Assembly: GCA_040285745.1 (NCBI GenBank)
Contig: JAUFOR010000004.1
Location: 1,364,001 to 1,423,133 of the forward strand
Reading direction: 5' to 3'
Source of the DNA: Barthelona sp. PCE
Taxonomy: Eukaryota
DNA: 59,133 bases
Shown: positions 39,112-49,496 of the stretch, piece after piece
Layout: every line of letters starts with the position of its first letter
How positions within the stretch are numbered: position 1 is the stretch's first letter
Position numbers and translations under genes: made by a program
The notes under the pieces: generated by a model
What the model was told of the DNA's origin: nothing
The model's input: the letters and a program-made list of their open reading frames with translations, nothing else
The model's database searches: none

Positions 39112-39522
39112 TCACTGTTCGATTATATCGTTATTGACATCAACGATGCGCTGGTAGTCTGTTTTTAGTTTTTCAATTGCCTGCATGTATTTCAGTAACG
39201 CAGACCGTTGTCCTATATTATGATACGATCTCCAAGTCTTAATAATGATTATATCTAGCGGACTGCGAGTCTTTTTTGATTCAACGCTATGATATCTATT
39301 CATGTATACGGAATAGTTTCCATGAGTGGATTGTAGAATGAGTGCACGAATACGTACGAGGTTGTGCATGTTCTTTGCAAGCACACGGCACCAGATTGCG
39401 TCTTTAGCAAGATGATTAAAGCCTGGAATTTCTTGAACGCAAGCGAAAAGTTCTGTGCAGTCATGGTTGCACAATTCAACTGCGATAAGAGGGTTGAGGC
39501 GCGGCATGCTTTGTTGAGACAT
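39112..39522 (-). CDS. Hypothetical protein (136 aa)
   Basis: ATG-started ORF convergent with SEC3 (14-bp gap); no motif recognised. Confidence 0.6.
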   Translation of the reverse strand: MSQQSMPRLNPLIAVELCNHDCTELFACVQEIPGFNHLAKDAIWCRVLAKNMHNLVRIRALILQSTHGNYSVYMNRYHSVESKKTRSPLDIIIIKTWRSYHNIGQRSALLKYMQAIEKLKTDYQRIVDVNNDIIEQ

Positions 39523-39939
39523 GAAAAAGCAAAATGATACTTAAATCTAAAAGCAAAAGCTATTAGGATTGAAAAGTTTTTTTTTTTGGATATCTACAGT
39601 TGATATTTAGATATTGTTGCGTGGTATTAATTTTGATTTTGTGCATTGTTGTGAGTAAATCATTGACTTCTTGAGATTAAGTTTTATTTCACACTTCTTG
39701 AGCAATAAATATGTTTAAAATCAGACTATGCTGTAATAAGCAAGTGTCAAACCACATCGTGTGACTTATATGGGAATATTCACATTCACAGATAACAAAA
39801 AAAAATTCCTAGCCTAAAAATTAACAATTTGTAAATATTCAAGGGATTGCCCGTACAAAACTCCAACACAACTTGAACGGAGCAATCTTAAATGTCAGAA
39901 TGCGTTTTCACACATATATACTTTTTTCAAAGATCATAG

Positions 39940-41880
39940 ATGACTGACGTATTTTTTACATCGCAGTCTCAGGTCAACGCACGTAGGAGAGTGCAGAGAT
40001 CAGAGCCGGAACGCCCAGTAACCCCAAGAGATGGAGACCGTCGTCTTTTTAACAACCGCGAAGTGATTCCTGAACGACCACAGAGTGCATTTGGATTCAC
40101 AACGGACGACTACATCAATTCACTGCGTCCGCCAACAGCAAGATCTTCAGTTGAGAGAATAGCTGTTCCACCTACTCGTCATGGTCGCCCGTTCTCAGGT
40201 AGTGATCGGCCACCCTCAGGCTCGACTTCAAGCCGCATTAAGTCAGCAAAGACTGTAGGGGAGGTTATTGAGTTGTTCCAAGAGGGTCCTGATAGCACAG
40301 AGTCACGTAAGCTGTTAAAGCAACTGAACCGTGTATTAAAAAAGCGTGAACGATTAAGTGTACAGGAGCGTGCAGACATTCAAGAGGTTTTGGGACAATT
40401 CTTTGATTTCGACACCCCTAAGTTGCTCATCACAAGTATCAAGATTATTTTGCAATATCAGCTGTCATCCAGTGCAACAGCAAATGCGATTCGTGCGCTG
40501 TTCAAGCTGTCGAGAAAAAAGGTGAACGACCAACATATTAATAGTTCGACAATTTATACTTTGACATTTGCGGTTATTAGGAAGATAATGCTCAACACTG
40601 AGAAGGAGTACGATGATATTTTGATCTATGCGATTGCCTTCCTTAAGAATGCTGCATCGAACAAATCACATACAGGTCTCGTAGAACGAGATGGAATCAA
40701 CTTGACCACTGAACTAATTCAAATAGCTCTGGACAGAAACGATGCAAAGGTAGACCAGGTTCTTATTCAGCTCACTGGTCTTCTGAGACAATTGGCTGGC
40801 TTCCCCGATATTTCTTTGGCTGATCATATTCAGTTTATTGTCGCAGAGTTGCTTACCATTAAAGGGTATGTAGAGGAGATAACATTTAACATCTCTCGAA
40901 TTGTATCAAAAACATCACTTTTGCAAGAAGCACGCGAATCACTCCTTGATATTAGATGTCTTTCTGTGCTGGTTGACATTATGCAGAGATATCGCGTGAA
41001 GTTAGACATCCTCGTGCGCATAGCGTTTGCTTTAGGGAATTTGTGCACATACTCTGACGATGCGCGTTGCAGAATGGCATTCGACTGTGCCGCAGTTCCA
41101 AGAATCATGGATACAATGCAAATGATAGGCAATTCATTAGTGAGTGATCCAGGCGACGACATTATTGATGCATTTGCAAAGATGGTTCGACTAGTGGCCA
41201 ATCTTGCCATCAACAGCGATGTAGGTGTAATTGTTTCTGGTCAGCAGACCATAGCATGCCTGCTACCTGTCTTGGAAACTTTAGTTCAGCGCTCTGGTAA
41301 TACGGTCGATGAAGCAATGCTAAATTCTGTTGCAGCAATCACAAACCTTTCTTTCTACTTTAATCAGAACAGTGTATTGATTGATTTGTACCCTCAGCTC
41401 ACTATGACTATGTTAAAGGTTGTATCGAGTCCGACCATTGAGATTCAATACGAAATATGTAGAGCCCTTGGTAATCTTTCGAGAACATCCGAGGTTCGTG
41501 GTATTTTGACCGAGAACGATGTCTTTTTGGAGCTGCTTGAACTGTTGCAGTCGTCAACCATTGAAATTGTTGAAGCGGTGTGTGGAGTTCTCTTGAATAT
41601 TGCAGCTGATGAGGATCTTTTCTTTGATTATCACAAGATGCTTTCTGGTATAGTAGGTCTCCTGCACCAAGAGTGGATGAAGACCGAGATCAACGTCCTA
41701 GCAATTGTATTAAAGGATGTGTTCAATCTAGTTCTTAATTTTAAACGTCAACTGCGCAACGATTCTTTAGATTCACTGCGTTACGCAATGGATGGACTCG
41801 TTTCAGTTATTCAAAGAGATGATACTCCAGACCTGCTTCAGTCAATCTTTGTGCGCATAGATTCTCTGTTGGGAGAGTAG
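39940..41880 (+). CDS. ARMC2: Armadillo repeat-containing protein 2
   Basis: NISRIVSKTS, LVRIAFALGNL, KMVRLVANLAINSDVG, AAITNLSFY, RALGNLSR and VCGVLLNI match ARMC2; the disordered N-terminus is rich in RP(x)S/T. Confidence 0.85.
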   Translation: MTDVFFTSQSQVNARRRVQRSEPERPVTPRDGDRRLFNNREVIPERPQSAFGFTTDDYINSLRPPTARSSVERIAVPPTRHGRPFSGSDRPPSGSTSSRIKSAKTVGEVIELFQEGPDSTESRKLLKQLNRVLKKRERLSVQERADIQEVLGQFFDFDTPKLLITSIKIILQYQLSSSATANAIRALFKLSRKKVNDQHINSSTIYTLTFAVIRKIMLNTEKEYDDILIYAIAFLKNAASNKSHTGLVERDGINLTTELIQIALDRNDAKVDQVLIQLTGLLRQLAGFPDISLADHIQFIVAELLTIKGYVEEITFNISRIVSKTSLLQEARESLLDIRCLSVLVDIMQRYRVKLDILVRIAFALGNLCTYSDDARCRMAFDCAAVPRIMDTMQMIGNSLVSDPGDDIIDAFAKMVRLVANLAINSDVGVIVSGQQTIACLLPVLETLVQRSGNTVDEAMLNSVAAITNLSFYFNQNSVLIDLYPQLTMTMLKVVSSPTIEIQYEICRALGNLSRTSEVRGILTENDVFLELLELLQSSTIEIVEAVCGVLLNIAADEDLFFDYHKMLSGIVGLLHQEWMKTEINVLAIVLKDVFNLVLNFKRQLRNDSLDSLRYAMDGLVSVIQRDDTPDLLQSIFVRIDSLLGE

Positions 41881-41931
41881 AAAAGTAGAAAACGGATATG
41901 AGAGTGACACAATAAATTTGTATTCAACACT

Positions 41932-42076
41932 ATGATTTTCTTCCAGAGTCTCATCCATGTTAACGGGTAGTAAGGGAGAGTAAACAAACTCTTTACAGAG
42001 AATTAAGTTTGGAAGTCTATACATCTGAAAGTTTATAGTATTTCAATATTGAAAGTACAAAAAATAAATAGGAAAC
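41932..42076 (+). repeat. Left direct repeat of cassette B (uninterrupted)
   Basis: ATGATTTTCTTCCAGAGTCTCATC...CAGAGAATTAAGTTTGGAAGTCTATACATCTGAAA...TAGTATTTCAAT...AATAAATAGGAAAC. Confidence 0.8.
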
Positions 42077-42139
42077 CGTAAAAGAATAAAATTTGGGTTG
42101 TAGTTCATCTGCAAAACACTCAAATATATTATCTGCAAT

Positions 42140-42404
42140 CGTACCACAACGCAGCAAAAAAGTGCCCCACAACCAAACCAATGCCCGCACGCGTCAAAAA
42201 TCTTACGTGTCACGCGCTACAAGCCCTGCGAACCACATCAATAAATGTGTGAGGGGATAGAAATGCGAATGCAGTTCTGTTTCACATTTTCGCTTTCTGT
42301 TTACGCTTCACATGTATTATATCATTTGTATATGCCACGTGCAAGCACTAATATTTAGTATATACATGCTATCTCAATTTTCACCTGCATCATCACGGCT
42401 ATTC
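42140..42404 (+). promoter_or_regulatory. Conserved upstream element of the variable family (copy B)
   Basis: Near-identical to 22853-23117. Confidence 0.6.
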
Positions 42405-44546
42405 ATGCCTAGGGTTCGTAAATTCGAGGACGACCTTATCATCAGGGCATATCCCGAGGGGCAGCTGATATTTGAGGGAGAGGGCGTAGCATTGATTAAT
42501 TCAAGAGAAATCACCGAAATCAGCCTCATTGAAAGCGCTATTGAAGACAAGGACTTTGTTGGATATGTGGAGGATACGCGTAAGCCTCTTCAATACACAT
42601 CCAAATTAAAAGCTGGAGAATCTTATATGATCATCGATATGATTAGTGATGACAGTGGTATTATAACCCATCTTGATATCTTATTATTTGATCATATCAT
42701 GAGCGATGAGCATATAAGAAGGAGAATACCATTTCCATTGTGCTTGACCAAATTCTTGGTAATAGATATAATTCCGATGGATGAAAACCACCTACTATTA
42801 ACCATTGATGAAACCGTTAATAACAGGCAAGTGATTCTGTGCTACATATTAAGTGCGCTAACCGACGAATATAGATGTCTTGGAGAGTATGACTTAATTG
42901 AATCAAACATCAATTCAAACTACATTATGTTAAGGAAATACCAAGATGATACCACATGGCATTACAATTTTTCTGTTGATGACATGGACGAGGCACATGA
43001 ACCTGATATTGAGCAGTTACATGGAATCTATTCAGGATACATCATGTGGTGTTGGTGTTTGAACTCGGATTGCATTTGCCTAGTTAGCTTTCGCGATCAA
43101 GAAATTGATGAACTAATAATATTTGACTGTCAGAGGAACCGCGTTAATTTAACAGAAAGGTTTCCACAGCTTAAAGGATTGAATATTAACAGATACTCGA
43201 GTTTTTCATTATTAACGCTCACTCAGAATGTATTGTCAATGATATTCATTTATTCAAGATGTGTGGTAGTTCATATCGAAAATGGTGAATTGAAGATGTC
43301 AGAGGGTAAACTGAATTTTAAGAACGTAATTTGCGATGGCTGGAAGCATATAGACTTGAACGATAATTACTTTCATGATGAAGATTGTGTTTTTTATAGT
43401 GTTGATAAAATAACAGGACGTTGTGGCCTAATCAAATTCAGAACAGTTGATAATGAGGTGTTTTGGTTGAACAGTCTTCAACCAAACCGCATTTTTTTTG
43501 ATGGAATAACGGAAGTGTATGGTCATAACGCTTCAATAAGATGTTACTTTTTTTTCAAAGAAAGGAAGCTTATTGTGCTGCGTGGGTGTAGGAAACCGTT
43601 TTCACATACGAGCTGCGAGATCCGATCAGTTCATCCAAATGAAGGAGATGATTTTTTTGTAATGGCAGAGGACCGTGGTGAAACAAATACATATGTCAAA
43701 TTATGCTGGACCGGCTCAGAATTTAAGCCAATCACAACCATTTTGCCTCATTGTGGTTCAGAAAACTATGGTTTTATTCAAGGGTTGCCCTTAAATGTTG
43801 ACCGTCGTGCGGGTCGTGCAGGGTTGGTGTATTTGGGAGAAAAGATGATTTTGGATCTTCCACCGAATTTTTATGTTCTAAGTGTTCATGGTTCACATTT
43901 TGATAATTCAGCGTGCATTGTATGTATTGAAGCAACCCATTTCTTTCAACTTAATGTCAACGGGTATGACGTGGAGGTTCAAAAGCACATTATTTTTGAA
44001 CATGAATATTTATATGATGTTTACTTCAACCCTCGTCCATTGGCTGAAACACCTGATCATCAGCTGTTTGTTGTATGTACACACAGTAGGGTTGCAACAA
44101 CGCAACATTTACACTGTTTAGATTGGTCAACAGGAAGATTCTTAGAGCCTGTTCACCTTTATCAGAATAATAAGAATGAAAAAATTGAGGAAGGCCACAG
44201 TTTCCGTAATTTCCTGGGAGATTCATACATACACGTAGTGGGAGGCATCATTAAAGTATACGTTGAAGATGGTGCAATTGAAACGCATTTTTACACAAAC
44301 GACAATTTACCATATTCTCTTGATATGAAGATAAGCCACGATCCAAATCTACCTAACAACGTTATTCAAGACATGTCATACGAAGAAGAGACCAAGACAA
44401 TGGTGTTGAAAACATATAACGTTGAGGAAGATCCGGAATCGATCAATCCCACAGTGGAAACGTTCCACCTTCCATCGTTCCTGGCCGAGGCGTCCATCGT
44501 TGAGTATTACATGCCCGATTATCATGAACATTATCATAATGAATAG
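42405..44546 (+). CDS. Variable beta-rich family protein, copy B
   Basis: Paralog of 23118..25211. Start placed at the conserved MPRVRKFE because the 31-aa upstream extension is closed in copy A and begins with GTG in copy C. Confidence 0.9.
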   Translation: MPRVRKFEDDLIIRAYPEGQLIFEGEGVALINSREITEISLIESAIEDKDFVGYVEDTRKPLQYTSKLKAGESYMIIDMISDDSGIITHLDILLFDHIMSDEHIRRRIPFPLCLTKFLVIDIIPMDENHLLLTIDETVNNRQVILCYILSALTDEYRCLGEYDLIESNINSNYIMLRKYQDDTTWHYNFSVDDMDEAHEPDIEQLHGIYSGYIMWCWCLNSDCICLVSFRDQEIDELIIFDCQRNRVNLTERFPQLKGLNINRYSSFSLLTLTQNVLSMIFIYSRCVVVHIENGELKMSEGKLNFKNVICDGWKHIDLNDNYFHDEDCVFYSVDKITGRCGLIKFRTVDNEVFWLNSLQPNRIFFDGITEVYGHNASIRCYFFFKERKLIVLRGCRKPFSHTSCEIRSVHPNEGDDFFVMAEDRGETNTYVKLCWTGSEFKPITTILPHCGSENYGFIQGLPLNVDRRAGRAGLVYLGEKMILDLPPNFYVLSVHGSHFDNSACIVCIEATHFFQLNVNGYDVEVQKHIIFEHEYLYDVYFNPRPLAETPDHQLFVVCTHSRVATTQHLHCLDWSTGRFLEPVHLYQNNKNEKIEEGHSFRNFLGDSYIHVVGGIIKVYVEDGAIETHFYTNDNLPYSLDMKISHDPNLPNNVIQDMSYEEETKTMVLKTYNVEEDPESINPTVETFHLPSFLAEASIVEYYMPDYHEHYHNE

Positions 44547-44600
44547 TTTCCATGACTACGGAGATATAGGAATACACATTTTCTCCTATTGTTTATAAGG

Positions 44601-44736
44601 ATGATTTTCTTTTCCTGGTCTCATCACTGAAGTTCGGATATGGTGCCGCAAAACGGTACCTTCTTCAGAGTTTGGAAGTACATACATCTGAAAAATAGTA
44701 GTATTTCAATTACTAAATAGTACAAATAAAATAAAT
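44601..44736 (+). repeat. Right direct repeat of cassette B
   Basis: Nearly identical to 25290-25432 and alignable to 41932-42076. Confidence 0.8.
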
Positions 44737-44963
44737 GTGAGAAATTGAAATACACCCGCATACGTTCTATTCCATTCTTTGTTTAAAATAAATTACAGGA
44801 TCGTCCTGATCAGGGCCAGCATTTGCCAGGTCACAAAATTTTTTTTTGCTGACCAGTAAATTTTGTGTCCATAATCGCTATAAACATTTACATGGCCTAC
44901 AATGGTTAGGTTTGAGCGTTCTATTTAAAATAAACGCTGTTTATCAACATTCATCCTTTTCTT

Positions 44964-47900
44964 ATGGACATTTTTCAAAGATTATGTGGGGAAGAGTTAA
45001 GATATGATGACCTCTTTAGAAGGTTGTATGAGGCTAACATAAATTTGGCATTAGTTAATTTTCAAGAACTGGTCTCTATTAAAGCCCAACGTATTTACTT
45101 AGATCTAAGCATATCCAAGAAGGGTTATGAAGAAGTCTACCAGATAGGACTGTCAACCAGGACCAGTTGGATTAGAAAGTACGTTGCCAATCTGTTTAAG
45201 ACACGGCCCAAGTTCTTTCATCATATCATCACCAGGAATGACTTTTATGAAGTATTTAGTGCTGCGCCACAGGCATTTCGTACACGAATAATAAGTCAAC
45301 TAATTAGATATGGAAAGCATGGTTGCTATTCCACTATTGCTGACAGTTTTATCACTAACAAAGCTTGGAGTCAACTATTAAATGGCAATCAGCTCCACAC
45401 CCTTTATGTGTGTGCTTCACCTAGTGTTGCAAAGGATCATATATGGAAACAATTCATTGCAACTCTATCAATTCCCATTGAATTTGTTCAGCCCCGTTTC
45501 TATGATATTGTTTATAATTTCTACCTGAAAGCAATAGCATGTTATCTTGATAAAGAGTTGTATTCGTCAAGTGCAAACCATATACGCTTTAATAGCTGGG
45601 TATTATCATCGAGAAAAAGATGTGAACCAATATTCAGACATTTGATCACTATAAAGGGCAGTATAAATTGTTTAATTAGGCTTTTTGATGGATCTTCCAT
45701 TGCAAAGTGCGATCTGCCAAGTCGTGTAATTCACATGTTTGCAGTTCAAGAACCTGTGTTTTTTTGTGAACATCTTTTTTCAAACCAAAAATATCACTAT
45801 AGCAAATTCTTTGATATAATGCCATATTTCATAAAATATCATAATGATGATGTTGCAATGGAGGCATTCGAAATTTATTCTAGACACACAAATGTATCTA
45901 TGCATGAAATTTGCAACTGCAACAAACGTGGTTATTCGTTTTCAACCGATCCCAACAGTCTTTTTGTGCGAATTCTTGAATGTGTATTGTGCAATGACCG
46001 TATAAGTAAGCTAAAAGTGGAAAAGAAACCTTCATATCTGAAACGTGGTCATGTATTTGATAATTTTTTTCTTGTTGAAGATATATTTACAATAACAAAC
46101 AGGGCATTACTACTTCTTCCTCAAGTGCATGAGTATAAAAAGGCAGTATCCAACCAATTATATGAACTTCTTGAGAATGAAAGGTATTGGAAAAAATTTT
46201 TCAATCCCACTCATTTTTCTGGTGTTCTTGGTCATATTATTCCCTTTATAACACTTGATAGGGCCTCTTTACCTCAATCAAAATATAATATTTGTATCTC
46301 AGGAAAAACGCATGAGGTTAGTCATATCATGTATCTTTTTGTTGGTAATAATGGTCTGCTTCATATCAAACCCAACGATGCTTTATTTCGTTTACTGCAA
46401 AGATTCATTTGCACTGGTGATTGGAGCGAGTGGAATGTATTTCAAACCATTAGTCCCCACATTCTGAAAAGAATTGAGGGTGCTGCAGTGTACATTCGTC
46501 TTGAGTATGATCTTTACTCAAATTTTTACAATCGCGAAACAGTTGACAACATCACTGAATATTTTATGGATAACATTGATCACCGTATCATTCAGCGAAT
46601 GTTTAAATACACTGATGTTTTTCAGTGCATGGTAAACCATAAATTGGCGAGACAATATTTCCCTCTTGAGGACATGCAGTACTTTTTTGATAAAATGATG
46701 GAGGTTTTAACTTTTTTCACAGAAAAAGTCATGAACAAAAGTGAAGAATTTCAATCTTGTGTCTCGTTGTCGTTGAAGGATTTACGTGATGTGTACATAT
46801 CACACCCATACCGTGTACTACCCCACTACTTCGAACGCGGCCGAGGATGTAGTTTACAGATGCTTGAAGTTAAAAGAAAAAGCCATGATAGATATAACAA
46901 ACCCGTTAACTATGTATCTGATGAAATGTTTTGCTATGTCATGAATGATCTCATTGCTCGTCAATCTGCTGCTGGAACGGATGACTGTGTCTTTCAACAA
47001 ATTTTCTCATATCTGGTTAAATACTTAAACAAACGCTCGGTTTGGAACTACACAGAGAGAAAACTGTATCGTGACAACCAAAAGCTGATCAGGATGTACA
47101 CCTTTGATCAGTATCTACCATTGTGTAACGGTAATTCTGCAAACAATCTCAAACTTTTGCACCTAGAGTCAAATGAAAATCCTGGTGCAACGACAGTTTA
47201 TCCCATTGCTCGCCACAAGGCCCGCCACAAGGTTGTCAAGGGTTACCAAGACCCCTTAACGAACAGCCGTATCATTACTCGCAGTGACTTCGTTAGCAAG
47301 ATGTACAGAATCAGCTCCGTCTATGACATCCCCAACGTTGAGCGCTTCGATTCCCTTGCTATCCAGGTTCGCGATGAGATTGCTCATTACTTTGATCCCC
47401 TCGACAAGCTGTTCGGTCTTTACACCGATCTCGAGGAGCTCGACCGCGATATCTCCGAGATGAGCGACCGCGACATCGAGGATGAGGAGGCCGAAGCTGA
47501 GTACAAGGAGATGCTTCAGTCCCGCCGTGACCTCGTCGAGAGCATCTCTGATCTAATCAACAGCACCCTGGACGTGAACGAGATTAACAACATGCTCCGT
47601 ACTCTGCAGTTATCCCTTCGCTTCTCCACAACCTTCCTCAATGAAGAGTTCGTCAAGCGCATCATTGGCTTCACACACCTTTCCAACCGTGCTTTCACCA
47701 ACTCAAACATCCTTGAGCTCTTCAAACGCGTCATCTTCATCCTCGGCCGCATTATGTGCCTCACCGATCTCTCTTTCGCTGAGATGGCCCGCTCCGCGCT
47801 TCTCACTGCCCTCACTATCCCCAAGTCTGCTCCTTTCGTGCGCACTCTTCTCGAGGGATATGTCATGCACACGTCTGTCGAGGAGCAGAAGCGTCTTTTC

Positions 47901-49337
47901 GATGATCTCATTGCTCTCGCATATTCCGATGAGTGGCGCTTCGGCATCACTCCCATGAAGATGATCATCGGTGTTGTCCAGGCACTATCCCGTCAGAACG
48001 CTGGCGTTAACCCCGCCGCCTTCCTAAAGGTTATGTGGGACCAGGAGACCATGGCAGTCGATGTCCGTCTTGTTCTGCTCAACTTCGCCGTTGATCAGAT
48101 CTCTCTCATGCTCAACAAGGGATGGAGCGATTCCGTTTTCGAGAGTGAGTACTGGCAGCTCGTCGGTCTCGCTGCACGCCGTTTCTACGGTGTTGTTGTG
48201 ATTGTCGAGCGCATCGTTGAGTTCATCACCTTCCTCTACAACAAGATCGGCACCGAGCACTGGAACGATGCCTTCAATTGTGTTGTTGGCCACTGGCTCT
48301 GCCCCATCATGGAGAAGGAATTCCGTGACACTCGTACCGACTACAAGAACGTCGAGATCGTCCTTAATTCCATCATTAATGCCTCTCTTCACACCCAAGG
48401 TTACTCTCTTGTTAACGTATCGCTCCCTGACCGCTTCCTGCAGTTCTGTGAGCAGTACGCCCAGCCCATCTTCCGCTACTTCAGCCGCTTCACCGAGATG
48501 ATCTGCCTCGTCTTCTCTCAGCGTCGTGATAGCAAGCGCCTCCTTAAGATGCTCGAGCCTCTCAAGGACACTTTCCGCGAGAACCTCACTGTTTCTATCG
48601 AGCAGCACTTGGCAAAGGCCCGCGATCGCACCCACCAGTTGTATGTGCCTTTCTTGAACAACAATTTGGTTGCTCAGAAGCTTAATGACGTGTGCAAGTA
48701 CTATCTGAAGGACGATATTGCTCTCACACGGGAGTTCTTCAGAACCATCTCTACTTTCATGCTTGAGTGTTACAACGAGATCGATGGATTCCATATCGGA
48801 GAGGTATGGTGGCAAATGTACATTGCAAGTCATTTCGACCTTGTTTCAGCAATTAAATCTATTGTTGATCTGTACAAGCAAGACGCTCTTGTTCCCCACA
48901 TTTCATATAATGGGGTGCCATTTTCAATATTAAGTGTGATCATGAAGAAGGACAGTGCACGTAGTGAAACGGCAGAAAGTTTGTGTAATGCCATGAATGT
49001 GATAAATGATTCCGAACTTAAAGAATCTTTGAAGCTAAGATGGCTCATGATCATTCTAAAACTTTTTAACGAAGGTGGTATTGGTTTTAATCCAATTCAT
49101 GCATACCCCTCTGATTATATAGACCATATTCCTCTGGACAAGTTTCTTCGCGCAAATGTGTCCGACATTTGCTATTTTGAAGTTTTGAATAAGTTTCTAA
49201 ATAACACTCGCAGTTATCATTTTCCGAACAACATTGTTTCAAGCTCAATTACTGCCTTAAGCATTGGTTTGAGAACTGTAGAAAGCAAAAGTGTTATAGA
49301 ACCTTATATCCGACCTATAGTTCGCCAAAACTTATAA
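44964..49337 (+). CDS. Large hypothetical helical protein (1457 aa) with an internal segment of distinct codon usage
   Basis: Single long ORF. AT-rich codons at both ends, strongly C-ending codons at about 47200-48800. Confidence 0.85.
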   Translation: MDIFQRLCGEELRYDDLFRRLYEANINLALVNFQELVSIKAQRIYLDLSISKKGYEEVYQIGLSTRTSWIRKYVANLFKTRPKFFHHIITRNDFYEVFSAAPQAFRTRIISQLIRYGKHGCYSTIADSFITNKAWSQLLNGNQLHTLYVCASPSVAKDHIWKQFIATLSIPIEFVQPRFYDIVYNFYLKAIACYLDKELYSSSANHIRFNSWVLSSRKRCEPIFRHLITIKGSINCLIRLFDGSSIAKCDLPSRVIHMFAVQEPVFFCEHLFSNQKYHYSKFFDIMPYFIKYHNDDVAMEAFEIYSRHTNVSMHEICNCNKRGYSFSTDPNSLFVRILECVLCNDRISKLKVEKKPSYLKRGHVFDNFFLVEDIFTITNRALLLLPQVHEYKKAVSNQLYELLENERYWKKFFNPTHFSGVLGHIIPFITLDRASLPQSKYNICISGKTHEVSHIMYLFVGNNGLLHIKPNDALFRLLQRFICTGDWSEWNVFQTISPHILKRIEGAAVYIRLEYDLYSNFYNRETVDNITEYFMDNIDHRIIQRMFKYTDVFQCMVNHKLARQYFPLEDMQYFFDKMMEVLTFFTEKVMNKSEEFQSCVSLSLKDLRDVYISHPYRVLPHYFERGRGCSLQMLEVKRKSHDRYNKPVNYVSDEMFCYVMNDLIARQSAAGTDDCVFQQIFSYLVKYLNKRSVWNYTERKLYRDNQKLIRMYTFDQYLPLCNGNSANNLKLLHLESNENPGATTVYPIARHKARHKVVKGYQDPLTNSRIITRSDFVSKMYRISSVYDIPNVERFDSLAIQVRDEIAHYFDPLDKLFGLYTDLEELDRDISEMSDRDIEDEEAEAEYKEMLQSRRDLVESISDLINSTLDVNEINNMLRTLQLSLRFSTTFLNEEFVKRIIGFTHLSNRAFTNSNILELFKRVIFILGRIMCLTDLSFAEMARSALLTALTIPKSAPFVRTLLEGYVMHTSVEEQKRLFDDLIALAYSDEWRFGITPMKMIIGVVQALSRQNAGVNPAAFLKVMWDQETMAVDVRLVLLNFAVDQISLMLNKGWSDSVFESEYWQLVGLAARRFYGVVVIVERIVEFITFLYNKIGTEHWNDAFNCVVGHWLCPIMEKEFRDTRTDYKNVEIVLNSIINASLHTQGYSLVNVSLPDRFLQFCEQYAQPIFRYFSRFTEMICLVFSQRRDSKRLLKMLEPLKDTFRENLTVSIEQHLAKARDRTHQLYVPFLNNNLVAQKLNDVCKYYLKDDIALTREFFRTISTFMLECYNEIDGFHIGEVWWQMYIASHFDLVSAIKSIVDLYKQDALVPHISYNGVPFSILSVIMKKDSARSETAESLCNAMNVINDSELKESLKLRWLMIILKLFNEGGIGFNPIHAYPSDYIDHIPLDKFLRANVSDICYFEVLNKFLNNTRSYHFPNNIVSSSITALSIGLRTVESKSVIEPYIRPIVRQNL

Positions 49338-49496
49338 ATAAACAGTTTAAGTACAAGGACAATCAGCTACAAGATTATAAAGACCTTGAAATGAATAATT
49401 GAAATCTTCAAAATGTTTGTTAGTATCGTGTGTGTGTTGCATTATCCTTTTCTATCTCTTTCATTCACATTTTTTTTTTGTGAAAACAGCATATTG

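Larger units (their letters stand above)
41932..44825 (+). mobile_element. Duplicated ~2.9-kb gene cassette, copy B
   Basis: Same left and right boundaries as 22424..25520; bounded by direct repeats 41932-42076 and 44601-44736. Confidence 0.6.

Noticed and set aside
42312-42404. Signal-peptide-like N-terminal extension (MYYIICICHVQALIF...) on copies B and C
   Set aside because: The frame is closed in copy A and starts with GTG in copy C, so it is more simply part of the conserved non-coding leader.
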